The notes under the pieces were generated by a model. That model saw only the letters and a list, made by a program, of their open reading frames with translations, did not search any database and was not told the DNA's origin. Below are positions 13,781 to 24,509 of a DNA stretch of 64,000 nt, in pieces (positions within the stretch are counted from its first letter, which is position 1; each line of letters begins with the position of its first letter). The DNA comes from Isurus oxyrinchus (lineage: Eukaryota): NCBI GenBank assembly GCA_026770705.1, contig JANJGN010000029.1, positions 10,230,001 to 10,294,000 on the forward strand, read 5' to 3'. The position numbers and the translations under genes are program-made.

Positions 13781-15199
13781 GGTGCTGCTACATTTCTTTG
13801 CATATCGCTTATCTAGGTATTTATAACAAGCCTCATTAAAAAAAACACCTTGACAAATCAGAAAATTCTATCTATGTAGTCACTTCATAAAAAAGACTAA
13901 TAAATTGGTTAAACAATTAGCACTAAATTCAAATTAGTCCTTAATAAAACCAATGGAATTGAAGTGAAAAAGACCAGTGACTTGAAGAAGCAAGATTTTG
14001 GTCTGCAATTGGAAAAAGCTCTCTTGAACAGAAAGTAAAATAATTGCTGAATGGAGGTGGTTGGTCAAATGCCAGCTCAAGGCCTGTATTTATAAGCATA
14101 GTGTATTGCAATGTATTCATTGATCTAGTGAACCACGCACACATTCCTATCTGTCCACAACTTAAGCAAAATCTAGGCTGACACTTCACTGCAGTGATGA
14201 GGGAGTGATGCACTGCTGGAGGTGTTGTCTCTTAGGCAGAGACTTCCTCACGTGAACATAAAAGGTGGTATTATTTCAAAGAAGAGCAGAAGCGTCCTCC
14301 ATGGTGCCCTGGTCAATACTTAATCGCACAAGTAAGGTCTAAAAATGAAGATTATCTGATTATTATCACGTTGCTGTTTGTGGGGCCTTCCTCTATATAA
14401 GCTGGCTGCCATGTTCTTATGTTGCAACAATATCTGCACTTCAAAAAGTACTTAATTGTCAGTAAAGCAGGTTGGGACAGAGAGCCTGAAACGTGCTATG
14501 TAAATGGAAGCTTTTCTTTAACAGAGTACAGTCAAACGACATATTGGAAGCTCTGTTTATAGAAGATCCAGAATTCTGTCAGCCAACTGAACAAAAAAGG
14601 TTCAAATCCAAAGAACACGCTCCTTTCATCGTATAACTCTGCTCAAAAAACTTAACACCAAAGAAAATCTTGAATACAGAAGTACAGAGAACAATGCTTA
14701 AATCTCTGAATGATCAAGGGCCTTTGAATATTTCACAAGCTAAAGATGGAATGCTATTCACAAACCATCCCTGTTTAGTCATCTGATGGAGACAGTAAAA
14801 TTACAGGAATGAATGTCACCACTCCAAGCTTGTGTTCTCGACTTGGGTGGAGGTGACAATACAATCTACCATCTAGCCAAAGTTGCTGAACTCAAAAGAT
14901 CAGGTAATTTGAACTAAAATTGTGCAAAAATGGCACTTATGAAGTTTTGTTTACATTTTTTCAACAGCTTGGAACATTATTGGAATGAACAAACCTTTAA
15001 TTACTGAACAGAAGCAACAAGTAGTATACTCTACATGCACTGCTCACTTATACAAACCCTTACAACGCTACTTTATTTTGCTGTGAATGAGCAGAAAGAA
15101 CATTATGTTTAAATCCTTGATGCTAGGCGTACATAAAAAATCCTGGACTTAAATCCACCAATGTTGAATATTAACCAGTTACTGATGTTGACAATAAAG

Positions 15200-16060
15200 A
15201 TGAGATTTATCCAGAGCTCACACTGTGACCAAATAGCGAGGCTAGAAGATAGATAATCAGACATGTCTCAAGGGAAGAGGGGAGTACAACAGGAGTACTG
15301 TTGCCAAGAGAACTACTGCAGAGGTAAAAATTATAGGCAAGAACATAAACTTGCAGTACGCTGATAATACAGCATGGCTTAGAGAATAAGAGGCAAAATA
15401 TCAGAGATTAGGTAAAATCTAGAAGTTTAGAATCTGGATTGAGTATGAACACCAAAAAGACAAAAACAATGGTAGTTATAAGGAATACATTAGAAGATGC
15501 TAGAGTGAAGATTGAAGTGGATGGACACTGGAACAAGCAGACAGGTTTGTCTATTTAGGACAAGCAATACCAGAAGATGGTTGGATCTGATGTAGACGTT
15601 GGAAGGACAGAGACAACTAGAGTAATTTTGTGAAGATTAAGGATGCATTAACAAGGAAATTCATAAGATGGGGCATTCCACCCACTTTCCTTCTGCCTCA
15701 GAAACTTGGACAATAAGTAAAGATCATCAGAAGAAAATAGAGACCTTTGAAATGTGGATGCTATGATGCATGGCAAAAATTTCACGTACAGATCATAAGA
15801 CAACAAAGAGGCAAATAAAATTGCAAGTGAAAACAACGCTAAAAAGTGACATCCAGGAAAGAAAATGTCAGCATCTCAGCCATTTGATCAGAGCTGAAAA
15901 GCTACTGAGATCTCGACTGGAGAGCAAAGTGGAGGATAGCAGAAACAGGGCGCAACCTCAGCGTAGTTGGATGAAGGACATCACAGAGCGGTTGCAGACA
16001 AGCAGTGAATGCGTGAGAATTGCACAAGACAAGTGTGATATACCATGACAGCAGATCTGG
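15200..16060 (+). mobile_element. Degenerate RTE-clade LINE fragment
   Basis: GVQQ, LQYADN(D)TA, EQADRFVYLG and ...RSWMKDI motifs typical of RTE ORF ends. Confidence 0.65.
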
Positions 16061-16329
16061 ATAGGAGTAGCTACAAACTGCAGCAACCAGTTACACCCAC
16101 ACTATTATATCCACAGTCCCTGTATCCAGGTATACCCAATTCATCCACTCCTAATCCCAGTAGCTGACCGAGATCTGCCCAGCTGGTCTATTTCCAATCC
16201 CCACGTCTGGGCTGGTCCACTGCCAATCCCTGTACCCAAGCTGTCTTGATCCCAATCCCTGTCTATTCCCAATACCAGGGAGTACCTGGATTGTCTATTC
16301 CCAATCCTAACACTGTACCAGTATCTGCC

Positions 16330-16800
16330 CAGGCTGGTCTATCCCCAGTGCCTGTCCCCAGACTGTACTGAGCCCAGTCCCTGTCCCAGTCTTGCTCCTG
16401 TCCAATCCCTTTCCCAGTCCAAATCCCATGCCTAATCCCTGCTCTTCCCCAATCCAATCCCAGTCCATTTCCCAGTGCATTCCCAGTCTGTCCTATTCCC
16501 AGTCCAAATCCCAATCCAATCCCAGTCCATCCTTTCCCCAGTCCAAATCCCAATCTGTCCTTTTCCCAGTCCAAATCTCAATCCAATCCCAGTCCATTCC
16601 CAGTCTGTCCTTTTTCCCAGGCCAAATCCCAATCCAATCCCAGTCCATTCCCAGTCTGTCCTTTTCCCAGTCCAAATCCCAATCCAATCCCAGTCCATTC
16701 CCAGTCTGTCCTTTTCCCAGTCCAAATCCCAATCCAATCCCAGTCCATTCCCAGTCTGTCCTTTTCCCAGTCCAAATCCCAATCCATTCCCCAATCCCGG
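16330..16800. repeat. ~50-bp minisatellite at the start of ATP13A1 intron 1
   Basis: Unit cccagtccattcccagtctgtccttttcccagtccaaatcccaatccaat, near-perfect at 16590-16790 and degenerate leftwards. Confidence 0.9.
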
Positions 16801-16860
16801 TGCATTCCCCAGCCCCAATCCCTGCCCGGGTCCAGCCCCGGCGCGAGGACGCGCTCTCAC

Positions 16861-17157
16861 CTTCGTGCACGTCAGCAGGCAGTGCGCGTGCACGGACCAG
16901 TGCCCGGACAGCACGGTGAGGATGTGCGCGATGCCGATCACGGCCAGGGCGATGAGGCCGGCCTCCGGGTACTGGCTCACCCCGTACTCGCATACCCACA
17001 GGTAGAGCCAGGCGGCGTACAGCGCCGCGAACGGCCCCAGGGTGCCGTGGAGGAGCAGCGGCCGGCGCCGGTACAGCGACACGCTCTGCACCAGCTCCTC
17101 GCCGAAGGCGGCCACCCCACTCGGCCTGGCCTCTGAGTCCAGCTCCGGCTTGTCCAT
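16861..17157 (-). CDS. ATP13A1: ATP13A1 exon 1 (ER transmembrane-helix dislocase, P5A-type ATPase)
   Basis: Translates MDKPELDSE...EELVQSVSLYRRRPLLLHGTLGPFAALYAAWLYLW...PEAGLIALAVIGIAHILTVLSGHWSVHAHCLLTCTK, matching the ATP13A1 N-terminus. ATG in strong Kozak context (gccATGG); ends at AAG|GTGAG donor; 297 nt, phase 0. An in-frame upstream ATG lies at 17199. Confidence 0.95.
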
Positions 17158-17642
17158 GGCCGCAGGCCCGACACGGTGACGCTGCACAGCAACCGGCATC
17201 CCCGCCCACGTGACCCCCGGCCTGGCAACCGCCGCTTCCGGTTCAGGTCGCCCCTCCCCGCGCCCCCCCTCCCCTTAGCAACCAGCACTTCCGCTGATAA
17301 AAAAGAGCCGCGAAAAAAAAAGCAACCCTCATCCGGTATAAAAAAAAGCTTCCCCTTGTCGATTAGAATTGATATTCTATGATTCCTCGTCTTTTATTCA
17401 TTTGATCTGGGAAAGCAACCAATGAGCGTTTCGGAGGCCGCCTATATTAACGTATCAGCAGAGAGAGAGAGAGAGAGTGAGGGAGAGCCTGCTGATGGAC
17501 AGTCGGGTCAGCGAATGAGCTGCTGGTATTTTGACAGGCGGAGTCACAGGATGGCCAATGAGCGCTATGGACGGGGCCAATAGGCTCCTCCCTCCGGACC
17601 CGCCCCCTGACCTTGTGCAGCGGCCCCGAGTGACCGGCAGCA
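17158..17642. promoter_or_regulatory. Bidirectional CpG-island promoter and 5' UTRs of ATP13A1 and CHCHD5
   Basis: CpG-rich. ETS/GABP-like CTTCCG motifs near 17235 and 17288; CCAAT boxes at 17419, 17555 and 17577 (CCAATGAGCG occurs twice); GC boxes; no clear TATA. Confidence 0.8.
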
Positions 17643-17644
17643 AT
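17643..17644 (+). CDS. CHCHD5: CHCHD5 exon 1 coding part (AT of split start codon)
   Basis: gcagcaAT|gtgagt is a consensus donor just after the CCAAT/GC-box promoter; exon 2 begins with G, completing ATG in frame with QAAFEITARYC. Confidence 0.8.
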
Positions 17645-17679
17645 GTGAGTGAGGGGGGCTTCAGTGACTACTGGCCTGG

Positions 17680-18870
17680 GGATAGGGGGAGGGGAATTCT
17701 GGTCTGGGTTGGGGGGGGCATCCTGTTCTGAGCGGGGGGAAGGAATCATGGTTGAGGGTGGGGGTCAAGGGGGTGGGGGAGAAGAGGGGACCGTGGTCTG
17801 AGTTGGGGGAGCATTGGGGAGGTGATCCTGGTCTGGGGTAGGGGATCCTGGTTTGGGGGGGGGCAAGGGGGAGGGAATCATAGACAGTGGGGGGAGAGGA
17901 GGGGGACCTGGTCTGAGTTAGAGGACTAAGGGGGAGGGGAACCCTCATTTTGGGGGGGTGGGGGGAGCAAGGGGGAGGGTATCCTGGTCTGAACGGTGGG
18001 GGGGGGGGCAAGGAGCTGAGGATCCTGTTCTGAGGGAGGCGGGAGGGGAGTACAAGGCTGGGTAAATTGCTCTGAGGAGGAGGGGAGCACAGGGAAGGAT
18101 ACCCTGACCTGAGGAGGGGGAGGGGGTCATGGGGAAGGGTATCCTGACCTGAGGAAAGGGGGCATGGGGCTGGGTAAATTGTTCTGAGGAGGAGGGGAGC
18201 ACGGGGAAGCACACCCTGACCTGAGGAGGAGGAGGGCATGGGGAAGGGTATCCTGATCTGAGGAGGAGGAGGGCATGGGGAAGGGTGCCCTGACCTGAGG
18301 AGGAGGAGGGCATGGGGAAGGGTACCCTGACCTGAGGAGGAGGGGAGCACGGGGAAGCATACCCTGACCTGAGGAGGAGGAGGGCATAGGGAAGTATCCT
18401 GATCTGAGGAGGAGGGCATGGGGAAGGGTATCCTGATCTGAGGAGGAGGAGAAGGGCATGGGAAAGGGTATCCTGATCTGAGGAGGAGGAGGACGGCATG
18501 GGGAAGGGTATCCTGATCTGAGGAGGAGGAGGAGGGCATGGGGAAGGGTATCCTGATCTGAGGACGAGGAGGGCATGGGGAAGGGCATCGTGATCTGAGG
18601 AGGAGGGCATGGGGAAGGGTATCCTGATCTGAGGAGGAGGAGGAGGGCATGGGGAAGGGTATCCTGATCTGAGGAGGAGGAGGAGGGCATGGGGAAGGGT
18701 ATCCTGATCTGAGGAGGGAATGGGGAAGGTGTATCCTGACCTGAGGCAGGGGGTCATGGGGCTGGGTAAATTGTTCTGAGGTGGGAGGGAGACATGGGTG
18801 GGCACCCTGGCCTGAGGAGGAGTGGGACATGGGGGGAGGCTATCCTGGTCTGAGAAGGGGAGCACAGGGT
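17680..18870. repeat. G-rich ~36-42-bp minisatellite at the start of CHCHD5 intron 1
   Basis: Unit gagggcatggggaagggtatcctgatctga(gga)n with variable GGA number; produces the spurious Pro/Ser-rich ORFs. Confidence 0.9.
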
Positions 18871-19052
18871 GCCTAGGATGAATGGATTGTGGGGTGGGGG
18901 CTGTATTACCTGGGGTATATTTGTTAAAGAGTTGATTAAGATAAGGAAAATAACAAAGGAGTTGAAAAGTAGAATCTGCTGGAACCCCTGGCTGCAGCCT
19001 TTTAAAGAGATATTTACATTGAAATTAGAAATGAAACAGACTGTTTAAAACA

Positions 19053-20284
19053 TTGACAGGGCCCTCAACCGTGTCCGGCCCATCTCCCGCGCATCCGCCC
19101 TTGCGCCTTCTCCTCCCTCCCAGAAACATGATAGGGTCCCCCTTGTCCTCACTTATCACCCCACCAGCCTCCGCATTCAAAGGATCATCCTCCGCCATTT
19201 CCACCAACTCCAGCATGATGCCACCACCAAACACATCTTCCCTTCACCCCCCTTATCGGCATTCCGTAGGGATCGCTCCCTCCGGGACACCCTGGTCCAC
19301 TCCTCCATCACCCCCTACTCCTCAACCCCCTCCTATGGCACCACCCCATGCCCACGCAAAAGATGTAACACCTGCCCCTTCACTTCCTCTCTCCTCACCG
19401 TCCAAGGGCCCAAACACTCCTTTCAAGTGAAGCAGCATTTCACTTGCATTTCCCCCAACTACTGCATTCGTTGCTCCCAATGTGGTCTCCTCTACATTGG
19501 AGAGACCAAACGTAAACTGGGCGACCGCTTTGCAGAAGACCTGCGGTCTGTCCACAAGAATGACCCAAACCTCCCTGTCGCTTGCCATTTTAACACTCCA
19601 CCCTGCTCTCTTGCCCACATGTCTGTCCTTGGCTTGCTGCATTGTTCCAGTGAAGCCCAACGCAAACTGGAGGAACAACACCTCATCTTCCGACTAGGCA
19701 CCTTACAGCCTTCCGGACTGAATATTGAATTCAACAACTTTAGGTCGTGAGCTCCCTCCCCCATCCCCACCCCCTTTCTGTTTCCCCCCCTTTTTTTTCC
19801 CAATAAATTATATAGATTTTTCTTTTCCCACCTATTTTCATTATTTTTAAATATTTTAAAATCTTTTATGCTCCCTCCACCTCCACTAGAGCTATACCTT
19901 GAGTGCCCTACCATCCATTCTTAATTAGCACATTCGTTTAGATAATATCACCAACTTTAACTTTAACACCTATGTGTTCTATTGTACTATTGTCGTTGAC
20001 ATCTTTTGATGATCTGCTTCTATCACTGCTTGTTTGTCCACACAACCACACCCCCCACCTCTCTCTCTCTCTATCTCTCCGCCCCCCCACACACACACCT
20101 TAAACTAACTTATATTTCAACTCTTTCTTGGACTCGAAATCAAGTTCTGTCGAAGGGTCATGAGGACTCGAAACGTCAACTCTTTTCTTCTCCGCCGATG
20201 CTGCCAGACCTGCTGAGTTTTTCCAGGTAATTCTGTTTTTGTTCTGGATTTCCAGCATCCACAGTTTTTTTGTTTTTATCTGTA
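19053..20284 (+). mobile_element. 5'-truncated Penelope-like element (GIY-YIG end plus 3' region with hammerhead)
   Basis: YCIRCSQCGLLYIGETKRKLGDRFAE..RSV...PVACHFN...GTLQPSGLNIEF is a PLE GIY-YIG C-terminus; flanked by a tttaaaaca direct repeat (19044-19052 and 20285-20293). Confidence 0.85.
20143..20181 (+). ncRNA. Minimal type-I hammerhead ribozyme-like motif (core variant CUGUCGA)
   Basis: agtt CTGTCGA a gggtc atgag gactc GAAA CG TC aact: stem I agtt/aact, stem II gggtc/gactc, palindromic ACGT stem III, GUC triplet. Confidence 0.65.
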
Positions 20285-20949
20285 TTTAAAACAACTGTTT
20301 ATCTAACACCTCAGCACTTCTTCAAAGCACCTCCAACAATAACAATCGAAGTACACTCACTTTGTTATATATGCAAATGTGGGAGCCAATTTGAAGAGCT
20401 CTCAGTTTTGGGTGGTGTTGGAGAAATATTGTCCTGGATGTCAGGAGAATTCTGCTTTTTCAATAGCACCAATAGGTTACACAGAAGCCTTCCATCTGAA
20501 TTATATGCTTCAGTGTGTAATGGGACTTGAATCCTCAATCTTCTGACTTGGGTGCGAGTGAGGATGATACACAAGTGGTTGGTGGGCATATTGTAAACCT
20601 GGAACTTCCTTCATGGTCACAACTCTGAATGTTAGGACTCTATTCTACCGGTGTTAAGTTACCTACAAATTTCCTGCCGATCATAATTATAACAATTATA
20701 AGCCTAAGTGTAAATCCACTTAGTTAGGCCGTGTGATTTGAATGCAAATGGAGTATAATCAATGGGCCCTCAGTGTTAAAATGGAGGGCTATAAAAATGG
20801 AAGAAAAACCTTTTCCTTCGATGAGGCTGGAACATGTAAGGTAAGAAGAGCACTGGTCTCTAATAAAGATTTCTAATCAATTAATTTAAATTGCTATGTT
20901 TGGAATCTTCAATGCCTCAAATCTTTTCCTTGTAGCTACCTGGCTCAGG

Positions 20950-22640
20950 AGAAGGTTGTTAAGAAGAAGGCTTTCCGCTTCACTGAAGATCTGGATTGGA
21001 TGGTGCCAGCTACTCAACTCCCCTATAGCTCTCACATAGCCAGGAGTGAGGAGCCGATGTAGGTGGTAAAAACACTGAGTGCCACATTCATAATGCCTAG
21101 GGTGGCAAAGTAGTGCTACAAGAAATTCAATGACCAGACCATGGAAGATGGAGTACTTAGTACACCTTTCTTCCTTGTCCATAGTGAATACTACCCTCAG
21201 GCATTTCTGGTTGATTGGTGGCCATCCAATGAGACCCCTTGGAAGGATGCAGACAAGTAGCTCCTTGCTCAGATAACTGCAAGCCAAGTTTTTCATTTTG
21301 GCTTTGCAGGGTAAGGTGGTGCATGATACTCAGAGAAGGGCAAGGGGAGGCAGGGAAGAGTCCCAATCCTTTGCTCTCTGACCCTCCTTGAGAAGAAGAG
21401 GTGGTGCCACTGTGTTTCTACACCACTGGCCATGTTGGGGGAGAGAGTCCAGAGCTAGGTCCACCCATGATCAATGTTCCCTGCCTTTCCCTACCTATCC
21501 CCTGAAAGGGCCTTTCAGCACTGGCAAAGGCAGCCATTGTAAATCTTTGGTTTGTCTTCCAACAGGACATTCAGACAGCTTGAAGACACTGTGTAGGAGT
21601 AATGGAAGGATCTGAAGGTGTGGAGTGAGAAAAGAAGAGCTATAGAAGTTTGTTGCAGCACTGTTCCCTGTTGAGATGAGGGATCGATGGTATGCTAGAG
21701 CACTATACCTCCTCTCTTGAGAATGTACCCTCACCTTCAGATCACCCTCTTGTTCTCAAGCACTACCAGCCACCGGTGCTGGAGAACCAGTGCACCAGGC
21801 AGTGATGGCGTTGGGGTGCATTACAGATACCCTCGCAGGGGGCGGTGAGGGAGTAATCAGAGCTTTCAACTTGACAGAATTTCAGATATCTGCACCTAAG
21901 GCTTTGGGTAACAGACAGGAGCGCATGAAGAATTGGGGCTTCCAGTCTCTTATTGAGGCCTTGCAGGATCTGAGGACTGCCAGACTTCAGACTGAGTCCT
22001 GGGGCTGCATTTCAATGGAAGGGCAGCTGGTGCAGTCGCAGTGCTTACTGCTGCAGCCATTTCTCCCAGCAGGCTTGGTGTCACATGTTCACTGCAGACT
22101 GCACAAGGGAGCTCGACGTCCCCCATCTGGGATCCAGGCAGGAGGAGCACATGAGCAATCAACCTGGCATTATACCCCCATGCCCCACCTCTGTGGCCTC
22201 AGGTTTACTGGGCACTGGGACTCAGAAAGGCGGATAGAAGGATTAAGGGGAATTTAATTCCTGTCTCAGTTACATCCTCCCACTTTGTCGGGAATTGTCT
22301 GCTGGAATGGGGATGAGAATGGCTTTGGTGCTTCAATGATCAGCTGATTCTCGCCGGTGACTGTGGGTGCCCATGCCCCTGAAAATCTGGTCACAATTTG
22401 AAGGGAGCTTCGGAAGAAGTGCGATCTGTGGAAATATGCCTCTGTAACAGCAGTGCTGGGTATTCAGGGTTGAAACAGGGTGTTTGGGGAGGTATTCGAG
22501 GAGGTTGGCTGTACTTTACTGGGGGTCCTAATTCACCTCCAAATTCTGCGGTAGTTTAAACTGCACCCCGTTGCATGTCTCTGACCATTAACAGATAAGA
22601 AATTCCAGGTCCTAGTTTCTGAAAGTTAACAGTTAGTAAC
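20950..22640. mobile_element. Possible Harbinger-type transposon remnant (Myb/SANT-like accessory ORF)
   Basis: Plus-strand fragments KKAFRFTED and CYKKFND resemble MADF/Myb-SANT-like domains; heavily degraded. Confidence 0.35.
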
Positions 22641-22859
22641 TTTAAGTCGTTTGTCCATTTTAGTTATTCTATTGCTCTTGAAAATAATCATATTTTCATT
22701 TATACAAATGCTCAATCTCCCATGCAGTTTTCTCTTAAAAAATGTTGTTCTCCTCTTATAGCTGTATCTGGTTTTCTCTCTTCATCTCTCTCTCTCTCTC
22801 TCTCTCTCTCCCTTCCCCCTCCCCGTATGTGTCTGATCTCTGGTTTGTTTTACTGGCAG

Positions 22860-23000
22860 GCAAGCCGCATTTGAGATAACCGCGCGCTACTGTTCAAAGG
22901 AAATGGAGGCCTATGGACAGTGTGTCGCCTCCAACCCGGCCTCGTGGCAGAAGGACTGTCACCAGCTGAAAACCAGCGTTGCACAGTGCACATCATCACA
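22860..23000 (+). CDS. CHCHD5: CHCHD5 exon 2 (first CX9C-CX9C pair)
   Basis: ggcag|G CAA GCC...TCA CA|gtgagt; (M)QAAFEITARYCSKEMEAYGQCVASNPASWQKDCHQLKTSVAQCTSS(H), closely resembling vertebrate CHCHD5 (MQAALEVTARYC...). Missed by the ORF track. Confidence 0.93.
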
Positions 23001-24509
23001 GTGAGTTTGTTGGGGCGCGGGAGGGCCTACTGACAGCGTTCTCGGTAGTGAAGAGTCGAGCATGTGGGGCGCAGCCCAGGGCCCAGTGGGTAGCACTTGC
23101 ACCTCTGAATCAGAAGGATGCGGAATCCAGTCCCGCCCCAGAGACTTGAACACAAAATCTAGGCTGACCGTTTCAGTGCTGTACCAAGGGAGTGCTGCAT
23201 TGTCAGAGGTCCTGCCTTTTGGATGAGATGCTAAATCCCTCTCAGGTGGATGGAAACAATGCCTTGACACTATTTAAAGCAGAGTAATTCTCTTTGGTGT
23301 CCAGGGGCCAGTGTTTGTCCCTCAACCAACATCACTTAAAAAGAAGTATGAGTCACTATCACATTGCTGTTTGTAGGAACTGCTGTAGGCCCATTTCCTA
23401 CTGTCAGTGAGGGGCTGGAGTGTTCTATCCCTCCGCCGTCATGTAAAGTCGGGTTAAGAAAATCAGTCAGCCGATAAATTTAAATACCTCCAAGTATACC
23501 TGGAAAGTCTGTGCAGGAATCAAGCTGAGGCAGTGCTTCACTGGGCTCCATCTACTGAGCTGCCTCTCCTACATTACATTCTCATTGGCTGTAAGGATCT
23601 TTGGGACATCCTGTGGCCATTCTGTCCAATCCAATTGGAATCTTGGCATAATTTCTGACTCTTTTCTAAATCCCTAACTTTTAAGTATGGATCCCATCAT
23701 TCTACACCCCTCAACCACTCTAAATGGTCAGCTTCCAAATACCCTGTCTCATCCGTTCATAATTTAAAATACCAGTATTTCGTCCAGTTAACTGCATTTG
23801 TTCTAACAAATAAAAACACTCACCATTGTCTCTTGCCTTTATATTATATTTTACCTTAACCCTCTTAAGATAACCTAGAATTTATTTTGCTTCTTTTGCA
23901 GCCTTATCAAATGGAGAGCTGCCTTTAATATCTAACATGCACCTCTCCCCCACCACTACCCCTAACAAATCCTTCTGCTCTTTTGAGCCTAGTTCTGTTC
24001 GCAGTATAATTATTACTGCTACTGCTAACTAAATGGCATCACCTCACACTTACTGATATTGAATTCCATCTGCCACTTTTTAGCTCACTCTCCCCTTGGC
24101 TTGTCAATATCCCTTTGTTGTTGCTTTCATCTTCTAAAGGATTAACTGACCTATTTTGGTATCATCCACAAATGTCAACATCCCTCCCTCTTGGCCTGTA
24201 TCCCAATCCTAGATGTATGCAGTGAACCACAGGACTGAACCCTGTGGGGCACCCAGTACCCACTTTCAAACATCTGGAAGACTTGTCCTTAACTCCTAAT
24301 CTTCTAACCAATGTTGTTATCCAGCTACTAAGTTCATATGCCTTTGCCTTCTCTTGTAATCTGTTAGCCCCTCAAAGAATTCTGAGATTTATTAAGCACA
24401 ATCATCGCTTTTGGAATCTGTGCTGCTGACTCCTGCTAAGTGTTTTCTCTTTACTGGGATCTGGTAGTGGTGGTGCTTTCAGGGCAATCCAGTGAAACCT
24501 TTTGCTGCT

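Noticed and set aside
16263-16860. Gly/Trp-rich extension of the ATP13A1 exon-1 ORF and overlapping ORFs
   Set aside because: Read-through past the GTGAG donor into the 50-bp tandem repeat.
17661-18865. Long Pro/Ser-rich ORFs (389 and 306 aa) on the minus strand
   Set aside because: Translations of the G-rich minisatellite, antisense to CHCHD5 intron 1, with no domain or splice support.
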